A DNA stretch of 64,000 nucleotides from Bdellovibrio sp. (GTDB taxonomy: Bacteria; Bdellovibrionota; Bdellovibrionia; Bdellovibrionales; Bdellovibrionaceae): the NCBI GenBank assembly GCA_036677065.1, contig JAKFBS010000004.1:288001-352000 (forward strand). Direction: 5' to 3'. Position 1 is the first letter of the stretch, and each line of letters opens with the position of its first letter. The notes beneath the pieces are model-generated. The model was not told the DNA's origin. It did not search any database and worked only from the letters and a program-made list of their open reading frames with translations. Positions 19,371 to 27,924 of this stretch are shown one piece after another. The position numbers were made by a program, and so were the translations under genes.

Positions 19371-20426
19371 TTACTTGAGGGTTTTGTGCTGCGGGTACCA
19401 TTTTTCTAAGCCTTTGTTGTAATAATCTAATAAGTCTAAATTTTTAAACTGTTCGCTCTGGCTGTAAAGCAAAAAGCGGATTAAAAAATCAATCAGAAGC
19501 TGGTGGCGGCGTAAAGTGCGTTTAATGCGGTGTTTTTTGATCGGGTTGAATAAGCCGTCTAGTTTAAAAATCTGTAATGGATTTTTCTTAACCCAAATCC
19601 ATGAGCCTAACTCTAAAGTTAACGGAATGTAGTTTAGATTTTTAATTCTTTCGTGAGCGATGTAATCCCACAAATCACCATGCGTGCAGTACACTTTAGA
19701 TTGCGGTTCGATTTTGTAAATATGAAACGGGTAGACTTTTTCAAAGTATTCCATCATCGCTGTGATAAAATCTAATTTGGGATATGGATTTTTACTAAAT
19801 GCCCATGGAAACCAGATTTGATCTTTAAAACCAAAGCCTGAATGAATATCTAAAGATAATGTAAATTTTGAGCGCAGAATCTCACGCGTTACTTCGTCGA
19901 CTACGAATTGTGATTCAATTTGCATGGGTTCATTGATTTTTCCGCGATACCACGGAAGTAGATTTGTTAATCGATGGCCACCAGCCAGGGCAGGAACTTT
20001 TTCTTTGGCCTCAATAGGAGCGTTACGCATTAGATCGACACCATTGGCGTTTGAGCGCGTGCGCTCTTGAATGCCAACGGGATTAATAAAGGGGAAAAAC
20101 ACGAAACGAATGTCTTGCAATTTATTCTGAAAAACTAAGTCCCAACTTGAAAGTTCAAAGTATTTTTCAATCAGTGATACGCAAAGCTGGCTCCCGATTT
20201 TTTCTAAACCATGCACGCCACCGGTTAAAATCAATGTGACTTTTTCTTCTGATTTTTTCTTAGATGTTTTATCTTCGCAAATCACTTTCCACAGCGGGTA
20301 TGATGTTCCTTGGTGAACAACTTCAGAAAGGGTTTGAAAAGTCCAATAGGGATTCTTTTGTTCTCTTTGTTTTTTAAGAACTTGTTCAAACTGAAAATAT
20401 TCGTGAAAATTAGGCTGATTCAACAT
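19371..20426 (-). CDS. M14-family zinc carboxypeptidase-like protein
   Basis: GGVHGLE (HxxE), INPVG, RSNANGVDLMRN, LDIHSG, LTLELG. Confidence 0.85.
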   Translation of the reverse strand: MLNQPNFHEYFQFEQVLKKQREQKNPYWTFQTLSEVVHQGTSYPLWKVICEDKTSKKKSEEKVTLILTGGVHGLEKIGSQLCVSLIEKYFELSSWDLVFQNKLQDIRFVFFPFINPVGIQERTRSNANGVDLMRNAPIEAKEKVPALAGGHRLTNLLPWYRGKINEPMQIESQFVVDEVTREILRSKFTLSLDIHSGFGFKDQIWFPWAFSKNPYPKLDFITAMMEYFEKVYPFHIYKIEPQSKVYCTHGDLWDYIAHERIKNLNYIPLTLELGSWIWVKKNPLQIFKLDGLFNPIKKHRIKRTLRRHQLLIDFLIRFLLYSQSEQFKNLDLLDYYNKGLEKWYPQHKTLK

Positions 20427-20443
20427 CAGCCCCTAGAGTAAAA

Positions 20444-21280
20444 TTAAACGGCAATTTTTTCCAGACGTTTTTCATAACGCTGTGCTAAGTTTTCGACTTT
20501 TAAGCACGTTAAAAAATCCATGCAGTTCATATCGGCATCGTAAGCAGGTTCACCCAGGATTTCAGCGCCAACTTTAAGATAAGTTTTTAATAACGATGGA
20601 ATCAAGTCTTCGGCCTGTTTCACTTCTTCGTCTGAAAGCTTTGCTGGCATGGCGTGAAAGTAATCATCAAAAAATGGAACCTTAAACGACAAATGCGGCT
20701 TAATTTTGTATTTACAGTTAAGCGCGCCGGTTTGTTCGAAGTATTTAGTCACTAGAGCAGCTTGTTTTGGCGTGATATTCTTAATACTTGAACAGCCAAA
20801 TAGTAAATTAGCTTTCACATGGCGCATGTAAAAATAAATGCCTTTCCATAATAATGAAATCACTGTGCCAGTACGATGGTTGGTATCAATGCAAGCTCTG
20901 CCAAGTTCAACAAAGTTTGAATAAGGTAGGGCAAATGATTTTAAATCAAATTCAGATTGTGAATAGAAATCTTGAAGGCTTGATGAATTATTCATACGAT
21001 ATGTGCCAACAACAGAGTTTGATTTTTTATCAACGATAATTAAGTGATCGCAGACTGAATCATAAACATCGATATCTAAGCGTTGGCCGTCTTTTTTATC
21101 GTCGTTGTAGAACACATCATAACGCAGTTTAAAAGCGGATTTTAATTCTTGCGTCGTCGTTGCCGTTTTCAAAAGGTAGTTGCCTTGATCCATTTGAAAT
21201 TCAACACGGGGCTCGTAAGCCACCATATCTAGATTTCTAAATTTCAAGTCTTGCTGAATTTGTTGGATAAATTGTAGCAT
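20444..21280 (-). CDS. GNAT N-acyltransferase, OlsB-like (ornithine/amino-acid lipid synthesis family)
   Basis: LRYDVF, D.D.YD..CDHL, VVGTYR, FYSQSEF, ELGRACI, LLWKG, LFGCSS, PSLLKTYLKVGA...D.DMNCMDF. Start placed at ATG 21280 behind SD-like GAAAGGG (alternative 21295). Confidence 0.8.
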   Translation of the reverse strand: MLQFIQQIQQDLKFRNLDMVAYEPRVEFQMDQGNYLLKTATTTQELKSAFKLRYDVFYNDDKKDGQRLDIDVYDSVCDHLIIVDKKSNSVVGTYRMNNSSSLQDFYSQSEFDLKSFALPYSNFVELGRACIDTNHRTGTVISLLWKGIYFYMRHVKANLLFGCSSIKNITPKQAALVTKYFEQTGALNCKYKIKPHLSFKVPFFDDYFHAMPAKLSDEEVKQAEDLIPSLLKTYLKVGAEILGEPAYDADMNCMDFLTCLKVENLAQRYEKRLEKIAV

Positions 21281-22196
21281 GATTAACCCTTTCATGAGCT
21301 ATTTGTTGGATAAATTGTAAAGCGATTTCATAAGTTTCATTAATTTCTAATTCTGATTTGGCAAGACGGGGATTGATTTCAACCACATCTAAATTACGTA
21401 ATTTTCCTGTCAGAGAAATCATCTGCGCCAAAGCATTTAATTCAGAAATTTGCAGGCCGTTGTTTACCGGAACGCCGGTGCATAAAGCGTAACTTGTGTC
21501 TAAAGAATCAATATCAAAACTCACATGCACATTTTCAAAGTTAGAAATTTTTTCTGCTAATCGATGTACACAATAATCAAGACCTTGGGTGCGCAGATCA
21601 TGAATCGTAAAGTGCATAATGTTATTGGCTTCTAAATAATCGCGCTCAAATTGATCTAGATCACGAATACCGACATAGACCATTTGCTGATGCGGTAAAT
21701 GTGCTTTCATCCAATCCATTGAAGCGGGGCGGTCTTCAGATTTTTGCATTAAATAATAAACTGGCATGCCATGTAAATTTCCAGATCGGCTTTCTTCAGC
21801 AGAGTTAAGGTCTGCATGGGCATCAATCCAAATAACTAACGTGTTCGGGTTGCGGCGAAGGCTTGCTTCAACTGTGGCTAATGAAATGCTGTGGTCGCCG
21901 CCAAAGTTTAAATTCACTTTATTTTTACAAAGCCCAAGATAAGAAAGCGCAGCTAAGTATTTGTAATTCACAAACGATTGTGCGTTTAAATCAGCGGCGC
22001 TGTAAAATTTTGTACGTTTGTCGCCTAAAAACTGTTGTGCACGACCAATTAACTCTAAATCATAGGCAGGTTTCAAGCCGGCTTTATTACGATTATTATA
22101 GTAGCTCAAAAAGCCATCTGATGACTCGGTAAGGCCTGTGTAAGTTTGGCCGATCTCTATATCTGCTTGAACAAAAGACAGAGTTGTTAGTTGCAT
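21237..22196 (-). CDS. rocF: Arginase
   Basis: GGDHS, WIDAHADLN, SGNLHGMP, GIRDLD, SFDIDSLD, TG.P, VVEINP. Confidence 0.88.
   Translation of the reverse strand: MQLTTLSFVQADIEIGQTYTGLTESSDGFLSYYNNRNKAGLKPAYDLELIGRAQQFLGDKRTKFYSAADLNAQSFVNYKYLAALSYLGLCKNKVNLNFGGDHSISLATVEASLRRNPNTLVIWIDAHADLNSAEESRSGNLHGMPVYYLMQKSEDRPASMDWMKAHLPHQQMVYVGIRDLDQFERDYLEANNIMHFTIHDLRTQGLDYCVHRLAEKISNFENVHVSFDIDSLDTSYALCTGVPVNNGLQISELNALAQMISLTGKLRNLDVVEINPRLAKSELEINETYEIALQFIQQIAHERVNHATIYPTNSARLEI
21258..21319. repeat. Exact 19-bp direct repeat at the arginase/acyltransferase junction
   Basis: ATTTGTTGGATAAATTGTA at 21258-21276 and 21301-21319. Confidence 0.95.
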
Positions 22197-22262
22197 GGAA
22201 ATATTTTCAATCGAAAGGCGATAAAATGTCCCGTTAGGGTTCTGTTTGTAACAATTGGCGTC

Positions 22263-22280
22263 TTAACAAACTCCTGACAA
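22263..22280. promoter_or_regulatory. Pho-box-like 11-bp-periodic direct repeat
   Basis: Plus strand TTAACA-N5-CTGACA, which reads TGTCA-N6-TGTTA on the minus strand; lies between divergent arginase and pstS. Confidence 0.5.
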
Positions 22281-22339
22281 TACATTGAGAATAAGAAAAA
22301 CTAAAATCTGATTCATAAAAAAACCAAGGAGTCCTCTCT

Positions 22340-23320
22340 ATGAAACTTTTAAGTCTAATTGCAACATTGTCTTTCGCAGTTTCAGCATTAGCTGCTGAAC
22401 CAAAGCTTATCAAAATTGATGGATCATCAACTGTGTATCCAATCACTGAAGCGATGGCTGAAGAATTTCAAGCTTCACAAAAAGGGGCCGTAAAAATCAC
22501 AGCTGCTTTTTCTGGAACTGGTGGCGGTTTTAAAAAATTCTGCCGTAACGAAATCGAAGTGACTGGAGCTTCTCGTCCAATTTCTCAGTCTGAAGTTGAC
22601 GCTTGTCGCACAGCAAATATTAAATTTTATGAATTACCAGTGGCATTTGATGCAACAGTAGTTATCGTTCACCCCTCAAACACACTTTCACAAATCACTG
22701 TTGAAGAGCTTAAAAAAATGTGGGCTCCGGAAGCACAAGGTAAAATTAAAACTTGGGCTGATATCAATCCAGCTTGGCCAAAAACAGCATTAAAACTTTA
22801 TGGTGCTGGTGCAGATTCAGGAACATTTGATTACTTTACTGAAGCTATCGTTGGAAAAGCTAAATCGTCACGTGGTGATTACACAGCTTCAGAAGATGAC
22901 AATATTTTAGTTAAAGGTGTTGCTGGCGATAAAGGTGCATTAGGTTTTGTTCCGTTAGCTTACTACATGGAGAATAGCAAAAAAATTAAAGCATTAGCTA
23001 TTGTGAACAAGCAAGGTAAGGCGACTCTTCCAACTAAAGAAACTGTTGAAAACGCAGCTTACAATCCATTATCTCGTCCATTGTTTATTTACGTAAATGC
23101 AGAAGCTGCAAAACGCACAGAAGTTAAAGACTTCGTAATGATGTACTTAAAATCTGCGGGCGAAATCGTTCCACAAGTTAAATACATCGCGCTTCCTAAA
23201 AAAGCTTACGATACAGCGGCTGAGCACTTTAACAAAGGCAAATTGGGCACTGTGTTTAAAGGTCACGCCGGTATCGGAATGACTATCGAAGAGTTACTTA
23301 AAAAAGAATCTTCTTTATAG
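22340..23320 (+). CDS. pstS: Phosphate ABC transporter substrate-binding protein
   Basis: Signal peptide; IDGSSTVYPI, SGTGGGFKKFC, ASRPI, DSGTFDYF, SEDDN, YNPLSRPLFIY. Confidence 0.95.
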   Translation: MKLLSLIATLSFAVSALAAEPKLIKIDGSSTVYPITEAMAEEFQASQKGAVKITAAFSGTGGGFKKFCRNEIEVTGASRPISQSEVDACRTANIKFYELPVAFDATVVIVHPSNTLSQITVEELKKMWAPEAQGKIKTWADINPAWPKTALKLYGAGADSGTFDYFTEAIVGKAKSSRGDYTASEDDNILVKGVAGDKGALGFVPLAYYMENSKKIKALAIVNKQGKATLPTKETVENAAYNPLSRPLFIYVNAEAAKRTEVKDFVMMYLKSAGEIVPQVKYIALPKKAYDTAAEHFNKGKLGTVFKGHAGIGMTIEELLKKESSL

Positions 23321-23350
23321 TCCTGAACTCTATACAACATAATACTTGTT

Positions 23351-23376
23351 AAGCCCGCGTAAAAGCGGGCTTTTTT
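23351..23376 (+). terminator. Intrinsic terminator of pstS
   Basis: AAGCCCGC-GTAAAA-GCGGGC followed by T6. Confidence 0.9.
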
Positions 23377-23398
23377 CGTTTTAGGAGCCATTATAATT

Positions 23399-23412
23399 GG
23401 CCCTGGTTTTGT
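23399..23412 (+). promoter_or_regulatory. sigma54 promoter candidate (-12 variant GT)
   Basis: tGGCCCTGGTTTTGTa upstream of SD AGGGGGA. Confidence 0.4.
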
Positions 23413-23435
23413 ATGTAGAGTCATAGGGGGACAAA

Positions 23436-23996
23436 ATGAAACTAAAAATCGCTATCTCTACATTGGCTTTACTGGGTGCATTTTCAGCAAATGCAGCAAC
23501 TTTTGGTGCTTTAACAATCGCCGGCGCAGGCTGCACCAATAAAACATCTGACTTAAAAATTATATCGCAACAAGACTCGTTATACGCCCTTCCCTTAAAT
23601 CTTTATGTAAAAAAAGAAGCTGGTACTTCACTTGATCGCAAAGCCTGTACAGCAAGCTTATTGGTAACATTAGCAAGTGATGAAAAACTTGTGGTCGAAA
23701 ATGTTTCGCAAAAAGTAAATACTCGCGTTCACGCAGGCGGAACAGCGAAAGCCCAGCTTGAAGTGTTCTTGACCGGACAAAAAGGTGAAGTGTTAAAAGC
23801 TGAATCTGTAGCCGCTGATCAATACGTAAGTTCTCGTCATCATCTTTCACAAGATGGTGCTGTTGCTGAATCTAGCTGTGGTGGTGAAGTGATTGTTCGT
23901 GCAAATGCTTCTGGCGTTGCCATGGCTTCAGCTAAAGTGAGTATTTATCACGAAGACCTTAAGTTAAATCTTAAAGTCGTGAAGTGCGCTCAGTAA
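23436..23996 (+). CDS. Secreted DUF4360-like protein
   Basis: Signal peptide ending ANA; GAGC, DRKAC and SSCGG motifs. Confidence 0.6.
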   Translation: MKLKIAISTLALLGAFSANAATFGALTIAGAGCTNKTSDLKIISQQDSLYALPLNLYVKKEAGTSLDRKACTASLLVTLASDEKLVVENVSQKVNTRVHAGGTAKAQLEVFLTGQKGEVLKAESVAADQYVSSRHHLSQDGAVAESSCGGEVIVRANASGVAMASAKVSIYHEDLKLNLKVVKCAQ

Positions 23997-24015
23997 TTAG
24001 TTTAACGGCCAGATA

Positions 24016-25125
24016 TTACTGAAATTTAAAAGCGAACAACAATCCTGAATCGTCGTCAAAGCCACATGTCAAATTAACATAGGCCGTACCGCCGCCTTGC
24101 GAGAACTTGACTGTTTCAATTGTCGAGTACGGGCATGATGAAGTGTCTAGCGTGTGCTGGGCAACTAAGGCATGCGTCGTGGCGTTGTAAATTTTTAATT
24201 TGTCTGTGGCATTAGTAGTTAAAAAGTACTTACTATCGGGCGAAAATGCAGCGCCTTTTGGATATGCACCGACATTGTACGTCCCATTAGTTGCAGCAAG
24301 TGAAGCTGGGTTGAAATCTAAGAGAACATAACCTGATGATGTGTTTCCGCCGCCTGCAGATAAAGCAAACTTTTGATTGTCTGGTGAAATTGCCATGTAG
24401 TTAGCATTGCTTCCATTATCAAAAATATATTCTACTTGAGTAAACGTATTATTTGTTGAATTAAACGAGTACCGATAAAGCGATGCTGGTGAAAGCCCCG
24501 GAGCCGACATAATTATTTCATGACGGGATTTATTGTAAACCATCATTTTATAATAGCTTCCTGTGATTGTGGTCACAGCAGTCATAGTATCAATATTTAC
24601 TAATTCGATATTTCCCCAATAGCTTGTACTTAGATTAGCAAATAAAAAACCGGTCTCACCGAAACTTAACCAAGAAGCAGGTGCGCTGATATTTATATAA
24701 TCCACAGTTGTCGATGAAGAGGTGACGTCGATTCGGGCTATTTTGCTTGCACCAGAAAGTGCTATGTAAACATATTTTCTAGCCTCATCGAGAATCATGT
24801 GAGTTGGAGTAGCGTTCAGTTGCCAAGCATTTTTTACTAGTAAGGAGCCGATATTTACTAATCCAAGTGTATTATCGGAGTGATCTTGCAAGAGCACGTC
24901 ACCATCGCAAAGTGGTATCATCTCTTTACCTGGAGGCGTGAAAAAACCACCGTCAGCTAACGAAGAAGCTGTTGAATCACAACTATTTCCGCCCCCTGGT
25001 ATCGAGGGAGACCCTGGTTGTTCAGTAGTCGGAGCAGTAGAGGATAGTTCTTCTTTTTTTTCTAGGCAGGCAGTTAAAGATAAAGAAGCAGAGACAACAA
25101 GTACTAACAGATGGTTATTCTTCAT
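24016..25125 (-). CDS. Lipoprotein, YncE/YVTN-like beta-propeller
   Basis: Lipobox LTAC; blade motifs AISPDNQK, VGAYPKGAAFSPDSKY, KFSQGG. Confidence 0.75.
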   Translation of the reverse strand: MKNNHLLVLVVSASLSLTACLEKKEELSSTAPTTEQPGSPSIPGGGNSCDSTASSLADGGFFTPPGKEMIPLCDGDVLLQDHSDNTLGLVNIGSLLVKNAWQLNATPTHMILDEARKYVYIALSGASKIARIDVTSSSTTVDYINISAPASWLSFGETGFLFANLSTSYWGNIELVNIDTMTAVTTITGSYYKMMVYNKSRHEIIMSAPGLSPASLYRYSFNSTNNTFTQVEYIFDNGSNANYMAISPDNQKFALSAGGGNTSSGYVLLDFNPASLAATNGTYNVGAYPKGAAFSPDSKYFLTTNATDKLKIYNATTHALVAQHTLDTSSCPYSTIETVKFSQGGGTAYVNLTCGFDDDSGLLFAFKFQ

Positions 25126-25132
25126 GGTGTAA

Positions 25133-25159
25133 ATATCGGATTATTTATAAAAAAGTTTA
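25133..25159 (-). promoter_or_regulatory. sigma28 (FliA) promoter candidate
   Basis: TAAA-N15-TCCGATAT, 7 bp before the ATG at 25125. Confidence 0.6.
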
Positions 25160-25222
25160 TAAATATTTTAATATTTATAAGAAAATATCAAACTGAGATA
25201 ATGAAGTTGTTATATTGAGACG

Positions 25223-25786
25223 TTACTGTAACGGCCAGATATAAACAGTCTGCATCGTGTTTTTTTCTAACACTTCGTAGATCTCTAAAACGGGGCCCTT
25301 ACGCTGTAAGTTTCGTTCTTTAACGAACTCATCGGCTTTCGGGTAAACTTTCAATGGGCCTATGCCAGGAGCGCCGGTAAATAACGCCACTGCAGCTTTT
25401 GTTTCAGCGTAGACTTCAGTTTTAAAACCTTCAGGTAATTTATCTTTTAGGGTGGCAAAAAGTTTAGCTTCGTTTTCATCTTTTGGGTCAACTAGGCAGC
25501 CACCGCGGGCGCGCAGACGGCCTTCTTCAACTAAGGCTGGGTTATCTAAGTATTCACCAAAACTTAAACGACATTTTAGACCTTGTGATCTGGTCCATTT
25601 TTCAACTTCTTCAATCGTTGAAACGATTTTGTGGTAAGCACCCGTATAGTCTTTGTAAATCAAAGTGTATGGCCCGCGCTGATCAGTGGCTACAGTAACA
25701 CTTTTGAATGCGCCTGTGTATTGCATTAGGTATAAGAAAAAAACCACTAAACCAATCGTAACGGCGAATAATGTGTGCTTAACCAT
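25223..25786 (-). CDS. Membrane-anchored GyrI-like small-molecule-binding protein
   Basis: N-terminal TM; YTGAYHK, FGEYLDNP, KVYP, GPVLEIY. Confidence 0.75.
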   Translation of the reverse strand: MVKHTLFAVTIGLVVFFLYLMQYTGAFKSVTVATDQRGPYTLIYKDYTGAYHKIVSTIEEVEKWTRSQGLKCRLSFGEYLDNPALVEEGRLRARGGCLVDPKDENEAKLFATLKDKLPEGFKTEVYAETKAAVALFTGAPGIGPLKVYPKADEFVKERNLQRKGPVLEIYEVLEKNTMQTVYIWPLQ

Positions 25787-25791
25787 TTATT

Positions 25792-26352
25792 TTAAACTTT
25801 CCATTTAATAGAACAACCCATTGAAGGGGTTTGTGGTTGTAACGGGCGGCGTGTTTTTAAATCAATAGCTGCATTGTAAAGTTCACGTTTTGTGACTTTG
25901 TCTGCTTCTTTCCAGTTATCATCAAGACGGCCACGGTATTGTAATTTTAATTGGCCATCGTACATAAAATAATCGGGGGTGCAGACTGCGCCAAATTTTT
26001 TAGCTACTTCTTGCGATTCATCATGCAGATAAATAAAAGTGTAGTTTTTTTCGCGAGCCCGTTTTTGTAAATTTTCAAAACTGTCATCAGGGTATTTTGT
26101 GTCGTTATTTGAACAGATTGCGACGACATTGATATCTTGTTTATCTAAATCAGCACCTAGCTGAATCAAACGATCTTCGATTGCTTTTACATAAGGGCAG
26201 TGATTGCAGATAAACATAACCACCAACGGATTACCATTAGCGAAATCTTTTAAAGAGTATTTTTTATTTTCAGTGCCGTTGACTGCGGGTAAGGAAAAAT
26301 CCGGGCAGACTTGGCCGAACTCTGGCTTTTCTGGGGTATAAGTTAACGCCAT
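25792..26352 (-). CDS. Thioredoxin-fold (AhpC/TSA-like) protein
   Basis: VMFICNHCPYV, AVCTPD, YRGRLDD, PSMGCSIKW. Confidence 0.92.
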   Translation of the reverse strand: MALTYTPEKPEFGQVCPDFSLPAVNGTENKKYSLKDFANGNPLVVMFICNHCPYVKAIEDRLIQLGADLDKQDINVVAICSNNDTKYPDDSFENLQKRAREKNYTFIYLHDESQEVAKKFGAVCTPDYFMYDGQLKLQYRGRLDDNWKEADKVTKRELYNAAIDLKTRRPLQPQTPSMGCSIKWKV

Positions 26353-27068
26353 AAATCCTCTTTTAAAGTTTTAAAATTAGAATATTTTGTGACCAGTTTT
26401 GGATGCATGTTAAAAACAGCTAACATTGAAGCCTGCATAGTTTCATCAGGCTCAAGATTGGCTTCTGGAATTAAAGCGCACACCTCAAATAATAAACGAT
26501 CTAAGAATTTGATCCAGTCTGAACCCATAACTCCAGGAAATTTATGTTTGCTCATTTCAGAAAATAAATCTGTCGCGATCGGTAGATCAGGATGAGCAAA
26601 AACATTTAAGCCAAGACCTACGATAATACGGTGTTGATTACCTTGAGTGACTGTTTCAACTAAAAGACCTGCGATTTTTTTATCGTCGATATATAAATCA
26701 TTCGGCGCTTTTAAATTCCAGTTTAAAAATGGCCATGTAGCACGGGCTGCGTGAAACAATCCAAGACCAATCATTGAGGTGATGTACGGAGTTGGAATAA
26801 CCGGAGATTGAAAAGACCAGCTTGATAACAAACTAGAACCTACCGGAGGAGTCGCCCAGATGTTGCTTCCGCGACCGCGGCCTTGAGTTTGTTCATCAGT
26901 TACATAAAGTTGAATGGCATCAAGCCCGTTGAAAGCATCTTCTTTAGCATCATCATTTGTGCTTTCGGTGCTTTTTGTATAGTCGCAAGAAATGTTATGC
27001 ATTTCTGCCCATGACGCTGTAATTACGCCGATCTTGATGTCGTTTAATGGTGATTCTTGTGTAGTCAT
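26343..27068 (-). CDS. birA: Biotin--protein ligase (no HTH domain)
   Basis: STND, QTQGRGRG, LKAPNDL, KKIAGLLVE, GLGLNV. Start placed at ATG 27068 next to the nadC stop. Confidence 0.85.
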   Translation of the reverse strand: MTTQESPLNDIKIGVITASWAEMHNISCDYTKSTESTNDDAKEDAFNGLDAIQLYVTDEQTQGRGRGSNIWATPPVGSSLLSSWSFQSPVIPTPYITSMIGLGLFHAARATWPFLNWNLKAPNDLYIDDKKIAGLLVETVTQGNQHRIIVGLGLNVFAHPDLPIATDLFSEMSKHKFPGVMGSDWIKFLDRLLFEVCALIPEANLEPDETMQASMLAVFNMHPKLVTKYSNFKTLKEDLWR

Positions 27069-27069
27069 A

Positions 27070-27891
27070 TTATCCCCAGTCAAATAGAAGACTGACATCA
27101 GCACAAGGAGCCGAATGGGTCAAGGCGCCGACCGAAATGAAATCAATACCGATGGCCGCTACGCCGCCAACGCGCTCTAAATTCATGTTGCCGCTGGCTT
27201 CGGTTTTTACGAAATCAGGCACAAGTTTACGCGCTTCGGTTAACATCTCATTATTCATATTATCTAATAAAATACGGTCTACACGAAGGCCAATGGCCTC
27301 TTTAACTTGTTCTAATGTAGAAGCTTCAACTTCAATAGGTAAGTTTGTGTGCTGACGGGTGCGAGTCACGGCTTGGGTAATGCCACCCATCAGCGTGATG
27401 TGATTATCTTTGATTAGAATGGCATCAGATAAATTAAAACGGTGATTTTGCCCGCCGCCATGAACGACCGCACGTTTTTCTAATTCACGAAATAGGGGAG
27501 TCGTTTTACGCGTGTCTAAGATTTTACAGCGAGTACCTTGCACAGCCGTAACATACTTACGAGTTAACGTGGCAATGCCAGAAAGTAATCCTAAGAAATT
27601 TAAAGCTACGCGTTCGGCTTTTAACACTTGAATTAAATCGCCTTCGATTGAACAAATTGTTTGCCCGCTATAAACCAAATCACCCTCTTCAAAAAGCCAT
27701 TTAATTTTAACACTTGGCTCTAGAAACAAAAGTGTTTGTTCAAACGCTGTTGAACCAGAAAGCACAAGGTCAGCTTTCGCTTTTAAGATGGCTTCGCCTT
27801 GTTTTGGTTTTACCGCTAAGGATTCTGTCGTGATATCGCCAAAAGGCATATCCTCTTTAAGGGCTTCTTTGATTAGATCATGGATTGTCAT
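27070..27891 (-). CDS. nadC: Nicotinate-nucleotide diphosphorylase (quinolinate phosphoribosyltransferase)
   Basis: AERVALN, LDTRKTTP, NHRFNL, LIKDNH, LLDNM, EASG, ISVGALTHS. Confidence 0.96.
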   Translation of the reverse strand: MTIHDLIKEALKEDMPFGDITTESLAVKPKQGEAILKAKADLVLSGSTAFEQTLLFLEPSVKIKWLFEEGDLVYSGQTICSIEGDLIQVLKAERVALNFLGLLSGIATLTRKYVTAVQGTRCKILDTRKTTPLFRELEKRAVVHGGGQNHRFNLSDAILIKDNHITLMGGITQAVTRTRQHTNLPIEVEASTLEQVKEAIGLRVDRILLDNMNNEMLTEARKLVPDFVKTEASGNMNLERVGGVAAIGIDFISVGALTHSAPCADVSLLFDWG

Positions 27892-27924
27892 GTGTTATCC
27901 GTTTCAGTTATCGATGTAACTTCG

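Noticed and set aside
21237..22196. The arginase-family gene as the missing hutG (formimidoylglutamase)
   Set aside because: It has true-arginase motifs (SGNLHGMP, DAHADLN) and is coupled to an OlsB-like gene, not to hut genes.
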